From assembly GCA_051294375.1 (NCBI GenBank), contig CM119265.1:25924767-25988766 (forward strand): a stretch of DNA of 64,000 nt. Reading direction: 5' to 3'. A model generated the notes under the pieces. It did not search any database. It was not told where the DNA came from and worked only from the letters and a program-made list of their open reading frames with translations. Below, in pieces: positions 43,481 to 57,080 of this stretch. Within the stretch, counting starts at the first letter, position 1; each line of letters starts with the position of its first letter. The position numbers and the translations under genes are program-made. Origin of the DNA: Paraspadella gotoi (lineage: Eukaryota > Animalia > Chaetognatha).

Positions 43481-44778
43481 ACATGACACCAATGAGGTCA
43501 GGATAAATCACGACATCACCTTCGCAAACGTAGCTCCCCTCATGAATCTTAGAGACGTTGCAGATTTGAAGGATGGAGCCGATCCTCCAAGTCGTCGTCC
43601 GCCCGTCGTCAGTCACGCCGTCCTGATTGGATGAGAAGGAGAATGACAAATAGAAACGCTTCAGTGATTAGTGAAGCTAGTAGCAAGTAAAGTAGCAAGT
43701 AAAGCTCGTAGACTTGCAGGGAGGAAGGCCTCAGGCCCCATGCGAACTTAGCCTGTCCAAAGTCAGGATAACTTATTTAAGGAACGACTGATTAGTTTTT
43801 CCATTGTTTGAACCAATTTCATTAACCGCCCCCTCCACCCCCCCTCCCCTTTTCACCTTGAAACATCTCATGAGGGCGAAGGGGATTTCCTCAGTGACGT
43901 TGGGATTGTTGGCGTTGGCGGCGACGCCTCTCGCGCCGTCGACGCCGCACGCGTAGTAATCGCGCCGCTCCTTCTGCCACGTGATCGTAGCCGCGCGAAG
44001 TTCCGGGAAATAGTCGGCGCGGCAGTCCAGTTGGAACTGCGCCCCCAACTGGCAAAAGGATGTACGAGGATTAAGTGACAGTCCAGTTGGAACTGCGACT
44101 CCAACTCGTAATCAATGATGGTATTAGGATGGCAGGTGGCAAGTGATGTCAAACGGGCAAGTAGCAGTTATATGGACCTGCCAGCCAAGTAGGGAATCGA
44201 TTGCTCTTGCAGCTTCACCTTGGTCTTGATCTCGTGCTCGTGTTCCAAGAGATTGTCCACCAACTCCGACTTGACGTCCTCCGGATCCTTGCAGTTCCTC
44301 TCTACGTCGCCGCCAGAGGTCGTCGCCGTCAAAATGGCGACGATCAAGATGGCGGCGATTCGGGCGACGGAGCCACCCTGGGAGTTGCGAGGCCCAAAAA
44401 TGAGGAAGAAATACAACTAAAGTCTTGAGCTTATTTTCTCTCGTTTTTAGGTTAGGTATTAGGTTAAGCTTTCGGTTAGTAATGAGGGTTAGGTTTAACG
44501 GTTAGGGGTTACGGGTTAGTGTTTGATATAAGGAATTAGAGTTTAAGGTTCGATAAAGGACTAGGCTAGGGTTAAGGATTAGTCCAGGAATTAAAAAAAA
44601 CAGAAATGTGGCGATTATGAAAAAGAGAAAAGACTTTTTGATAGGACAGTCGGTAAATCTGTAAAATTACTTAGAAATGTTTGTAAATTAATACAGGAAC
44701 ATTGAATAAAAGAATTAATAAAAATAACAATTTTTATTTTACCTCGTGGAAGGGCGAGGGTGGCGCCCGTCGTCTCAT
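42157..44778 (-). CDS. Single-Ig-domain membrane protein (signal-like segment, Ig, C-terminal hydrophobic anchor), 6 exons
   Basis: MRRRAPPSPFHE|GGSVARIAAILIVAILTATTSG...EIKTK|LGAQFQLDC....ITWQK...CFK|DG...SILQICNVSKIHEGSYVCEG...I|VCD...SHYK|VVLTQP...IVPSGVFLFGLLFSVFSAMFCQKP..GW*. Ig B-strand Cys, C-strand Trp and F-strand G.Y.C are present. Joins are in frame and GT-AG. Confidence 0.78.
42644..43316. mobile_element. Non-autonomous DNA transposon (GG..CC, 8-bp TSD ctaatttt), family copy 2
   Basis: TSD at 42636-42643 and 43317-43324. Imperfect TIR ggcttatttttacattcgccgaccg / cggacgtcgaatagtaaagttacc. Homologous to 27870-28519. Confidence 0.85.
44445..44590 (+). repeat. Degenerate TTAGGG-like array (probably the interior of another small TIR element)
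   Basis: ggttagg/gggttag units inside intron 1 of the Ig gene; element ends not resolved. Confidence 0.6.
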
Positions 44779-46134
44779 GTTATGTTTTTTTTTTAGTTTT
44801 CTTTTTTTTCTTTTTGCTTTGGTTTCCGGAGATGGAACGCGCGATCCGGGTCGTGAGTCAGAGGTGAAGGGGGGAAGGGACGAGACCAGGTCGGGGGTGG
44901 GGGCGAGAGGGAGAAAGGGGTTGTGGGGTTGAGAATTAGGGTCGAGGGGGGGAGGGTTTTGTGGTGGATGGGGCGGCGATCCTCGGTGGTAGAAAGGAGA
45001 CTCGGTCACGTACGTACGGGCGGCGTGTAAACGGGTGAGTGCAAACGACGTGCGAACGGCTGCGTGCAAACGTGGCTCGCACGAGAAGACGTAGTTAAAT
45101 ATTATTTAAAAATTAATTTAAAAGATCAGAAATTGAAGCTAGAAAACTAAACCAGGAGAACAGGTAAATTTTTTTTCTCGCTTTTGTTTGTTTATTTTTT
45201 TCTTCGTCCAAAAAATCGATTTTTTTTTCATCCGCGGGAAAAAGTGACAGGGAAGAGAGAGAGAGAGAGAGAAAGAGAGAGTCAACTTTAATTCCAACTC
45301 CGAAAAAAGCAACAACGTCGATGAAAGGCAAACGCTAAAAATGCTCAGGTGAACTGGGAAGAAAAGGAGACCGAGTGATTGATTCCTCGCTTCAAGTTGT
45401 TATGGTTTCCTCTCATCCAAGTTTATATTAATTTTCAATTGTTTTATTTATCCCTTTGGGCACTCGTTTCGTTAGCTTTTCGTTTTGTTTCGTAGCGATT
45501 TGATGAATTAATTTGGTTTAGTTTCGTTTTATAGTATATAAACTATATATACTAAAATTTCGATTACCGTTTTCTCTTCCATATTCAGACTGTGATCAAG
45601 AAAGGCACGGGTCATGAGTGTCGTTGTCGTTTTGTTTCCTAGTCAATGTTTCGTTTTGAGGCGAGAAAACAAAACGAAGAATCTCAAAAAAAAAAAAGAA
45701 AAAAGCTGAAGAAAAGAAGGAAGAAGCGAAGGTGAGTGAAGGCGGGCGAAGTTTAGACGATAAATGTTTACCTGAAATGGAGAAAGGTAATCATTTTTAT
45801 TAACTAAAATAGGCTATAAATATGTAATAAAACGTTCGCGAATTTCCCGTATCTCTGGTAGGACTCTTTGAAGACGGGTTATAATGATAAAAATCGGTGA
45901 TGACACTAATGAGTGATGACTGATGCCACAGTTGACAACCGTAAAATCAGATTTGATAAATTTTTTTTGACGAAAAAAGAAAGTATTGACTGCTGATTAT
46001 CTGTCGGGTGGATAACATGCATGTAAGGCAAAAAAATATAAATATATTGTCCACCTCGAATTACAACAGAATACAAAAAGTGTCTGATAAGTCATGTTAC
46101 TACTACTATTTCTAATCTCTCCTTCTCTCGGTCT

Positions 46135-46146
46135 CTTTCTTCTTCT

Positions 46147-46215
<69 letters not shown>

Positions 46216-47651
46216 CTCTCCACTCGTACTACAATCGCATCGCTGCTTTTTCTCTTCTCCCTCATTCTGGTGCGGTGCAATTGAAGAGAACAAATACATC
46301 CACAAGGCTGCAACCCCAAGCGTTCCAAAGCACTTGTACCAATCTACTATTTATTAAATCTGACAGTCAAGAACCCTCGCACTCGAAATTTTCAAAGAAG
46401 AGAAGAAAAATGAAGATCCGACGCCAACTGAAACAATAAGAAACATGCAATGCCGTTGCCGACCTTTTAAATATAACCATCTGAAAAAAAAGGGACTACG
46501 ACGACGACGACGACGACGACGACGCATCCTTGGCGGGCGACGATGACGAAGAGATCGATTGATACTTAGTTAACAATTGATAGCAATAAATTGACAATTG
46601 ATAGCAANNNNNNNNNNNNNNNNNNNNNNNNNNNNNNNNNNNNNNNNNNNNNNNNNNNNNNNNNNNNNNNNNNNNNNNNNNNNNNNNNNNNNNNNNNNNN
46701 NNNNNNNNNNNNNNNNNNNNNNNNNNNNNNNNNNNNNNNNNNNNNNNNNNNNNNNNNNNNNNNNNNNNNNNNNNNNNNNNNNNNNNNNNNNNNNNNNNNN
46801 NNNNNNNNNNNNNNNNNNNNNNNNNNNNNNNNNNNNNNNNNNNNNNNNNNNNNNNNNNNNNNNNNNNNNNNNNNNNNNNNNNNNNNNNNNNNNNNNNNNN
46901 NNNNNNNNNNNNNNNNNNNNNNNNNNNNNNNNNNNNNNNNNNNNNNNNNNNNNNNNNNNNNNNNNNNNNNNNNNNNNNNNNNNNNNNNNNNNNNNNNNNN
47001 NNNNNNNNNNNNNNNNNNNNNNNNNNNNNNNNNNNNNNNNNNNNNNNNNNNNNNNNNNNNNNNNNNNNNCAATTATTAAGCTAATATTTAATAATTATAA
47101 AAACGGTAGATAAATCAAAACTGTTCTAAGAAAAATAAGATGTCTGTCAATGAAAAAATTATGATTTTTAGGTGATTTGTATATTTTTTTAAAACTAATT
47201 TATAAGTACATCATTTAAAACTAAAAAAAAAACTGAAAAAAATGACTATACATTGTACAATGCCCCATACCCAATTAGTCTTTTCCCACCCAGGCGACAG
47301 CGTGACTTAAAAGCGAATCTGAAAGATAACGAAGACTCGCGAAAGAAAAAGAAAAAAAAAAGGAAANNNNNNNNNNNNNNNNNNNNNNNNNNNNNNNNNN
47401 NNNNNNNNNNNNNNNNNNNNNNNNNNNNNNNNNNNNNNNNNNNNNNNNNNNNNNNNNNNNNNNNNNNNNNNNNNNNNNNNNNNNNNNNNNNNNNNNNNNN
47501 NNNNNNNNNNNNNNNNNNNNNNNNNNNNNNNNNNNNNNNNNNNNNNNNNNNNNNNNNNNNNNNNNNNNNNNNNNNNNNNNNNNNNNNNNNNNNNNNNNNN
47601 NNNNNNNNNNNNNNNNNNNNNNNNNNNNNNNNNNNNNNNNNNNNNNNNNNN

Positions 47652-47683
<32 letters not shown>

Positions 47684-48632
47684 GACTAATGAGTAGAGGT
47701 CTAAGACCTGGAGTTATCGGCTACGTAGGCAATAATGGAAGCTTTGGTTTTATTTTGCAGATTCGCTTCTATCTACCGTTTTTATCGTTTTTTAGTCGGA
47801 TCTTCTAATCCGCAGATTCCGACTCTATAATTCACATTGTCGGTCTGTTAATCAATTAATTAATAAATAATTAATCGGACAATTAATCAATCTATTAATT
47901 ATTCAATCAATCTATTTATTTAGTTATCTATAAATTAATTATTCAATCAATCAATTTATTTATAAATTAATTATTTAATCATTTAATCAATCAATCAAGT
48001 CAATCGTTATCGGCATTATTGTCGTTGTCGCCATCATCGTCGTTTTTGCTTTTATCGTGGTAAGTGACGAAAAGATCTAAAAACAAACATTTCAGACCAA
48101 ATTAATTAATTTATTAATTAAATTATTATTTTAGTTTATATAGATTGTATTAATTAATAAATAATGATCGTGGGCAGATCCGACATCGTTTGCTCAATCT
48201 TGTTCTTTTAAAAAAAATTAAAATTTTAAAATATAATTAAAATTCTTTCAGGATATATAACTGAAAATATTATATATATAAATCTAATATATACATTTTT
48301 TTGGAGCGCGCAATGGTCATCGCGCTAAAGTCTACACAGTAACGGTAAACAGGCGATGGTCAGGTTGAAAAGAGGCGCGAATAAGTCAATGTAAAAAAAA
48401 AGCAACGAAAACTTTTTTTCTTTAAATTATAAAATAAAGGCGTCCGTCCGTCTTCCTTCTCNNNNNNNNNNNNNNNNNNNNNNNNNTTGTTTATTGGGTT
48501 TGTTTTGCTTTCTTTTTCATAAAAACGATGAAGTTTCTCAAACTCGTTTGTATTTCGGGGTTTGTTGCATGATAAGTCGTTAACACGAGAGGGTAGGATG
48601 TGAGAGACGAGAGGAAGAGATGAGAGGAGAGC

Positions 48633-48678
<46 letters not shown>

Positions 48679-49476
48679 AAGAGAGAGAGAGAGAAGAGAG
48701 AGAAAGGAGAGAGAGAGAGAGAGAGAGAGAACTCTGCGAAAACACTCACAAAAGTGATAGAGGCTCTGAGAATGGGAGAAAAAAAAACTTTCTAGGCTGC
48801 GAAACTTACTTTCCTTTAAAAACTTAATTCCTTGAGACAGCAAAAAAATAATAACGACATTTACAATACAACATTATTTGAGGTATTGGGTTTATTTCTT
48901 TTTTCTACGACTATACAATAGACAATAAGAAATGATGTACATGTGAGTGAGATCTTCGGTTAAAAAAAAGTAATAAATAAAAAATTAATGTGAGGGATTT
49001 ACATGTGATATGACGGGAAAAGAATGGGAAGAGATTTAAAAAAGTCTGTAGAATGAAAAGAAAAAATGCAATAGATGAATACACACCACAAGTGGAAATT
49101 AAAAAAAGTATCTATAACCGGGGGGGGAAAATATAACGAACTTAATTAGAAAAGGCTAATTCTGTTGATAGATTGATAATTAGTATTTTTGGGTGAATAT
49201 TACTTGGTATCAAGAATTAAGTAACATATTAACCATGGCAACTTGGTTTATTTTTTGATTTGATACAAATACCTTTTCTTTCAATAACTTAAAAGTTTTG
49301 AGTAGCGATGAGAGAATAGAAAAAATGTGACAGGAATTTTGTTGTGTCTTATTAATATATTATTCTATAATTAAAGATGAGCACTGTCACGAAAAACGTG
49401 TTGAGTAAAACGAATAAGGAATCACTGCGAAACTAGAAGGATAAAGCGCGAGGAGAGAGAGAGGCAACGATTGGAG

Positions 49477-49524
<48 letters not shown>

Positions 49525-49535
49525 AGAGAAGATGA
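46135..49535. repeat. Cluster of (GA)n/(CT)n microsatellites next to assembly gaps
   Basis: Tracts at ~46135-46220, 47652-47680, 48600-48730 and 49450-49535, interleaved with N runs. Confidence 0.9.
47788..47850 (-). mobile_element. DINE/HINE-like element end, related to 63515-63575
   Basis: Shared agattccgactctataattc core preceded by an agtcgg..hairpin and a T run. Confidence 0.5.
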
Positions 49536-52500
49536 GAGAGGTCCCTATTATGGCAGAGAGTATAGTATGAAAAATAATAGAAAAACTATGTTTGACACCT
49601 GAGAAATACAAAAATACGTCTGAAGGATCTAAAAACTATTGGGAAATCTGTTTCATACAAAAGTTGTCATAGCTTGTCGTTATATGAGTGAGCAAAATGA
49701 ATAAATAGACTATACTCTTGCTCTTTGCGCCTGACTGTTCGCGATTAGAGAGAGGCTCAAGCGAATGAAAAACTATTACAAAAGCTCTTGTTAATATAAA
49801 ACGAGTGAAACATATAATTTGGGAAAAGAGAATAAGAACAGAAAAACAAAAGTTGTGGCCGTGAACTATGGATAAAATATTTTTGTAAATATAAACCTAA
49901 AGAATGGAAAATACTAGTTTTAGATATGTATTTATAAACCTTTTTTCATTATTTTCTTCTCTCTGGAGAGAGAGAGAGAAAGGGCGATATTTTAATCTTT
50001 TTTTACGAGCGAAAAAACACGAAGAGACACAAGGCAATATGGTGAGGAAAATTCTATATATAAGGTAAAAATAAAAAATTATACAATTGCTGGTTGCGTC
50101 GAGTCAAAATAGCGCATATAAAGAGAAAAATAATGAGATAGTTTGAAAGTGAAAAGAACGTGAAGTACACTTTGACAGACTAGTCCAATAGTATGGCCTT
50201 TTGAGATACCATACATACATACATTGATACATAGTTTAGCAAATAACTGAGTAGAACTTTGACTGACCTGATCCCTTTAGAGCTTTATTTGAACATAACG
50301 AAGATCTTAGTCGTCATACTCAAAAACTTGTACTTTCCAGATTTTTCTCAAGCTTCAAGTTTTTAAAAATACACTTGTTGAAGATCCAATTATTCCTTTG
50401 AGGAATATAGAATATATCATTTCTCGACAACATTAACACTTTCGGTCTTTATAAGTTTCATATTTTTTATTAATCAGATGAAATATATTTGCAATAAAAA
50501 AAAAAAAATTCTTAAGAAACTGGTATACAAATTAATAGCTTGATTCCGATGGAGTTTAGGCTTGGTAAAGGATAGCTTGGTTTCGTAGGCGCGAGATACA
50601 CATTTTGCTATGAGAAAAATTACTGGCACCAGAATTCATTTGTTATTTACTGCAATTAATAGAAGTTCACTGAATCTTAAGGGTTCATATAGTTTCTGTG
50701 TCCGGGTCAATTTATTTCACCGAAGGTTAATACTAATTGGAGAGGAATGGTCGGGAAGGAAGAGAGAGAGAAAGTAGAGAGAGTAGCAGAGATGAGAGCA
50801 GAGTAGAAGGAGAGTATTGAGAGAGAGAGACGAGCAGAGAGAGAGAGAAAGTACTCTAATAAGGGGAGAAGAGTGAAGTAGAAAAATTAAATTATCCTGA
50901 TAGGTCCGAAAATTGAGCCCCATTACATAATTAATATATATAATATATTGCGCACAATTTATTTTAGGTTTTGTATTTAGTTCGTGCTGAGAGAGAGGAA
51001 TAGAGACGAGATCCCAAAATACACGGGGATAAAAAAGTATAGAGAAAAAAAAAGTAAAGTTGATGTACAGTAAAGCACAGAAGTATTTGTATTTAGAATT
51101 ATTTAAAGCGCTGATAAGGTTATTCGGCGGTAAATGAGCGAATTTCAAAATTCTTATTTTTAATATTTTGGGGTCTCTCGTGAACTATTAGCCTGACGTT
51201 CAATAAAAAAGTTTGTTTGTTTCATTTCTTTTATTAGAAATTAAACAAATATAAATGTTTTTTGTTTTTCGCTTGGCGCGTCAGTCCGTCGCGATACGAT
51301 TGAGGCTTATGTGTGAGAAGGAGAGACCTATAGTCATTAAACTTGAGCCCTTAACTGTTACTTTGTCGATTAAACAAAAATAAATAAAGAATTAATAAAT
51401 ACGGGCGGATTGTCCAGGAAAATGATAAAAAGAGAAAAAACCTCTACAAAAAGTTTTAGTAGCTATTAACGTAAAATAATAATATATAACAAAAATAAAG
51501 AAAAAAAATACTATTGCGTATTTCTTTTTTTGTTTAAATATGAAATAACCGGGATGGTCAGATAAATGGAACCGAGCGGGACGGACGACGCGCACCTGCG
51601 CGCTCGTTAAGGTCTGAAGGTCGAAGGTCGATGGTGGGGCAGAATTCGCAATGTCAACTCCTAATTTTTTTCTTCTTTTTAATTTTTATTGATGGAAATT
51701 AAAGGTGAAGGAAAATAAATTGAGAATTAAATATGTATTTCCTGGTTTTTCTCATGTTTTCGCTGTATTTTGAAGTCCTTTATTTTTTCAACTGCAAGTT
51801 TTGTCGTTATGTTTTTTTATCATATGTGGATTTACTCGTTTCGTTTTTATATCCTGGTAGCGACAATGACGCCGGAAGAACGCCACCGAGCCGAGCCATC
51901 GACGAACAAGCGCAACGAACGACCGCCGACTCTATTCTGACCAGAAGCCGACGTCAAGGGGCGTGCATCTGTCGCAGAACTCGGACGCCGGCCGCTTTGC
52001 ACTTGGAACGGGGAACAGCGCCCACATCGCGAAAGTACGAGTAACGGTGTCGAGATTGAATCTCTCTCTCGTCAGGTGGACCAGCACCTGATAGAAAGGA
52101 GAGTACGGGGGTGAGAAAAAGAAGGGAGAGAGATTGGTATGTACGGGGGGGAGAGAGATGGGGGGTGTGGGAGTATATTAATTATTATTATTATGATTAT
52201 CTCAATGATTATATTATTATTATTATTATTGTATAACATTATATATTTATTCCGAGACATAATAAATTTCATATAAATGGCAGCTGAAAAATTTAACAAT
52301 CTTCTCAAGATGACTGTTATTATAATGTACTCTTTACATCTTTATTATCTTTTTATTCTCAAGCCGGAGGTACTCAGAGAACGGTGCTGATAAATGCGGG
52401 CAACGCGGAGATCAATATTTAATGAAAACGGAAGGAGCACGAAGGATTCTCTTTAACTGAATGTTCGATCTCGAATATATAGCAAAACGGAGGAAATTGA

Positions 52501-54041
52501 CTTAAGTCAAAAGCGCGAAGGAAGAAATAATTTAGCAGAAACGCAAATAAAACAGAGTGAAGAACATAGATAATAAGCACAGAAATAAAAAAGAATACTA
52601 ATCAGATATATCCAAATAGAGAAATAACGGGGAATATCATCGAACCAGAAAATAAAAACTTGTTAATCGATCGATAACTCCAGATTTGCTCTCAAATTCA
52701 TTTTTATTGATTTATCTCTGCATTTATATTCAAAATTCTAAATATATTCATGTCATTAATCAATATAAATTCAGTCCAATCAATCAAAATCTATAAATCA
52801 ATTAATCACATTCATTATCTGGTGGGGTGCGCAAGAAATAAAAAACTCGCATTTTGTTTACTATGACAACTCATGAACCAAAAAAAAAACTTTGGATTTT
52901 CATTGTGACGCCTTCCCAAAAATGTTCAAACGACGTAATTTGATATTTTAATTAGGTTGAAATTGAAGTAAAGAGACGAAAGTGGTCGAAACCAGAATAC
53001 TCTGTATTAATTAAACTTTTCTTAACAATTTCAAGTTGGTCCTACAAGAAAATTATTGCATTAATTCGAAATAGTACTAGACTATTCGAGTTACTTTTAG
53101 TATATTTTATGATTAGAATTAATATTTATGGTGAGAGTACACTAACCTAAAGCGGGTGCAACAATCGGTCGAATAAGAAAGCCTAATATCAAAATGAGAG
53201 TCAACGAGAAAATATATAGGTAACTAACCATCTAATTAAATTAGGGTCGAACTATTAATCATCGTATCATTGTCATGAAATAAAGACGAAATTCATGACA
53301 CGAACTTTCGTTAACAAAGTTTAATTCATTAGCATCATTACCTTGTTTTCATTTTCGTTATGCAATACACACTTAACGCCAATAAATATGGACATGGGCG
53401 TGGTCCACTTAGAGAAGAATTAACGATATCTGATAAAAGAAGCTTATAAAGAGCGCCACCTGGAATTGCACAAAAGGGTAAACTGACACATTCCGAAGTG
53501 ATGGGGATTGGCAGCGATCAACACTTTGAGGTGAAAGAGAAGAAAGAGGAGTGAGAAAAGATTAAAACCGTTAAACAGACGCCACGTGGTTGAAAAAAGA
53601 AAAAGTTGATTTTGACCTGATAAAATAAGTTGAGACAAGTATTTAAAACACAAAATTGTATATCTTTACAAAGCGCACCTGTACAAAATATTCAAATCAA
53701 ACAACTATTTAAATTTTAATGAAGCACTACAAAGGGAACTACTACGTACAAATCAGGCGAGGATAATTATTAAGTGCGAAAATTTCAAACTACTATATAC
53801 ACTAACTTAAAGTCCCCAAAAAAATATGTTATATAATTTGATCCTATTGTGAGGTTTAATAAAAAATCATCTTATTCGTATTTAATTTATATTTGAATTC
53901 CAAAGATCTAATGAAAAAACAAATATTTACTGGTGAAAAATTTGTAGAAGTAAAAATGTCCTTAAATTGCTCAAATTATTTACCAAAACCCAACCTCACA
54001 TTTTGGAACCGTGATGCATGTAATATAATCGTGAGTGGCGT

Positions 54042-54111
54042 GTCCGTGGTCGGACTCAAACCACGTGGGAATCTGGTTTAGATCCAATTTTCTTTAGGCA
54101 GCCACACGGTG
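54042..54111 (-). pseudogene. Degenerate tRNA (Arg-like) pseudogene or SINE head
   Basis: Acceptor-like ccgtg/cacgg, TGGCT A-box start, B-box variant GGTTTGAGTCC, shortened D arm and irregular anticodon arm. Confidence 0.5.
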
Positions 54112-56884
54112 TAAAGCAGAGACGAAGACAGAGGAAGGGCGGGCAGACGGACGAACGGAGGAGAGACGTAAATAGACAAGAGACCATCGAGTGGACGTTA
54201 TGAGCGCAACTTTAGGAAAGACTCAAGTAACAATAATGATAGTTGGTAGAATTGATCCCACGAAGAGGTCGCAAGAATTTGCCAACGCCCCACCGCAAAT
54301 CATGAAATAGCAAATCGAGTAAGCAATCAATCAAGCCATTCGTTAACACAGCCCGATTTCTCTCGACGGAGTGGTTGTAAACTAAATCTAACGGAGCTGT
54401 TCTACTCCAAAATCAATCGACAGACTACCAATCAATCAATCAAGTCCGAACTCACTTGAAGTGTTGTTCCTGATTGGCGACGCCAAAGGCGACGGACGGC
54501 GAAGACGAGTTTTGAGGATCGCGTTGTTGCATGACTGCTGCTAGCTGCTGAGATTCCCCGCTGCTGGCCGGCCAAGGGAACTGAAGCTGGAAGTTAGGGC
54601 GGTCGAGAGGGCCGATAAGGGACGGAAATGAACATCGATTCGCGAGATCGTCGACCCGGACGCGCAGAACGTCTCCGTCTCTCTCTGGCGGCCGGAAGAC
54701 GTCGCCCCCGTGAAGGCGAGCCGGGGTCGGTTTCTTCCGGCGCGTCACGCGCTCTTCGAAGCCACCGCCCGCCGCGATTTAGAGTTTGCCTTCCGCCTGC
54801 TTCTGCCGCCGCCGGCGTGGGCGCCAGAAGACGCCAAGTCGCACGACCCCGAACGAGTGTCGCCGCCACGGAAGACGCCGGTGTGGGATCCGTCTTTGGG
54901 GGGACGCCAACAATGTTTACACCTTTCGTCCCTTCTGGCCGCGAGAACAGACAGCAAACGCTGCCTCTGCTCTCGGCAGATGACGAATAAAAGCGACATC
55001 TGCGGGATCATCCACAAGCGCCAAGTCTCGACGGGGAGGAAACGCCGAAAGGAGGAATTCCGGGATGCCCGCTCGACGGCCCAGGCCTTAATCGGTAGAG
55101 AAGGGGGGGGCAAGAATGAAATAACATACGTTATATATAAATACTCGACTTAATTTGAGAAATAAAATCATTTAAATATGTAAATATTAAAAAATATTCA
55201 TGAACTAGAATGCCCGAGTTTGTTATGATAATCGAGAATTTGTTTAATGTGTGTTGGTTTTTTTTTGAATCAAGTGAGATTTTGAACTATTTAGTGGATT
55301 AATTGATTTAGTTTTCAATAATGCGTTTTTCGCTTAATTTATCCCGATTACCGATTCGACGATACATACATTTGTGCAGGCAAGAGGAGATTTTGTGAGA
55401 CAAGACGTTATCATTTTACATTACATTTTATTTAAGTATTTTCATTTATAATTATATTCTAATGGATATCATATATTGTATTATTATTATATAGTTAAAT
55501 TATATTTATCCAATAATATATATAATAATATGGTCACCTTGAGCAAAAGCAGGATCAACACACGTTTTCCTTGTCATCAGAATTATTGATGATGCAAGCG
55601 ATAGCCTTGCTCTCTCTTAAGGATGACCCGGATGCCAGTGGCCGGCGAGAAACGATCGATGGCAACGTCCTGACGAAGCAGTCGCACCGAATTCGTCCAC
55701 TATTTGTCCACGTTTTGAGATGGATAGTGACGTCCGTTGTAGTGAAGTGGGCGTCTTCGATCTTAGAAGTTCTTTGGACAAGAAGGAACCGCGAGTTCTC
55801 AGTTTCGTGCGTATCTCAATGGAGGCGGCGTGGGACGTCATCAAAGATATGGAGGGAGGAATGGTGGACGAGTGTGGGCGAGTGTGGGCGCGGCAACCGG
55901 ATTTCGGTGGTGGTGGGAGAAAGATGTGGGGCGATAGTATGTGGAGGAGATATTTTTTGTTTTGTTTTTGAGAGTTCGTTTTATTTTTTTTTTTTTTTTT
56001 TTTTGTAGTTGAGAGGAAATTTTTTGGAAATTGATCGCTAAAGTTGTTCCGTCCGTCCGTTTTTTGTGTGAGAGAATATAATGGAGAGAGAGACAATATA
56101 TTTTGAGAGTATACAGCGTTTTTCGTATAATTTGGGTTTTTATTCTGGAATCCACGTTCGATTAACAAGTGTTTTTTTCGATTTTTTTTAAATGTGTTTC
56201 GGCACAAGAAAAAAATTTATATAAAAAAGAAAATCGGAGATGAAGGAGCGAATTTTATTTTTTTGGATGCGTGGATGAAAAAAAAAGAAAACATGGGTAA
56301 TGATGTTTTTGGTATTTAATGTTTTTTTTTTTTTTTTCAATTTTTTTCAGCAAAAAAAAATGTTTTTTAATGATTGTACACTAGATCTAAGAAGCGTACT
56401 TTGTGCGAAAGAAGGCTGTCGGGACAAAGCTGGAATGTGGAGAGGCTGAAGAGAGATGTAGAAGATACGTCCTCTCTCTCTCTTCTCTCTCTGCTTCTCT
56501 CTTTTCTCTCACTCTTCTCTCTCTCTCTCCTCTCTCTTTCTCATATTCTCAGACAGAGCGTGTTTGTTTTTCATTGAAACGCGCGGAGCGACGCCACTTT
56601 GTGATTTGCTTAATTTTTCCCCGTTCCTGTCATTACTTCCTTTGAGCGACGTAGTGTAAGATAGAAGAGCAGCACGACTTTCGTCCTTTGAGCGGTACGC
56701 GAATTTAATTCCTATTAAGTTTTACTTCTCTCTTTTATGGGTGCGGCGAGGGGGGCGGGGAAGTGAGGGGAGGAAGGGTTGAAGGGGGCGGGAAGGGGGT
56801 TTGAGGAAGGGCGGAAGGTAGGGGAGGGGGAAATAAATTGCCTTCCGCTTCACTTGAACTTTGATTTGCCGACGATGGCTACAG

Positions 56885-57080
56885 TGAAGGCGTCAAAGAT
56901 GGCATAAGTTATAGCAACCAAAGAAACATTATGATGGCCTCAGTGATGGGATCAAAGATGATATAAGTTATAATGTCAAAGATAGCAATGTCCGCTACAG
57001 CACGAATGATTGCGTCAACGATTGAATCAGTGATGTCATCAAAGATAGCGTAAGTGATGGCATCAAAGATGGCATCGTGA
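56885..57080. repeat. Degenerate 12/24-bp minisatellite (tcaaagatggca/taagtgatggca)
   Basis: Visible 12-nt periodicity; the minus strand reads DAIF-DAIT-YAIF-DDIT. Confidence 0.7.

Noticed and set aside
54042-54111. Amber-suppressor (CUA anticodon) tRNA
   Set aside because: The loop can be read as AT-CTA-AA, but the D arm and B box are degenerate; a decayed tRNA-Arg-like sequence explains it better.
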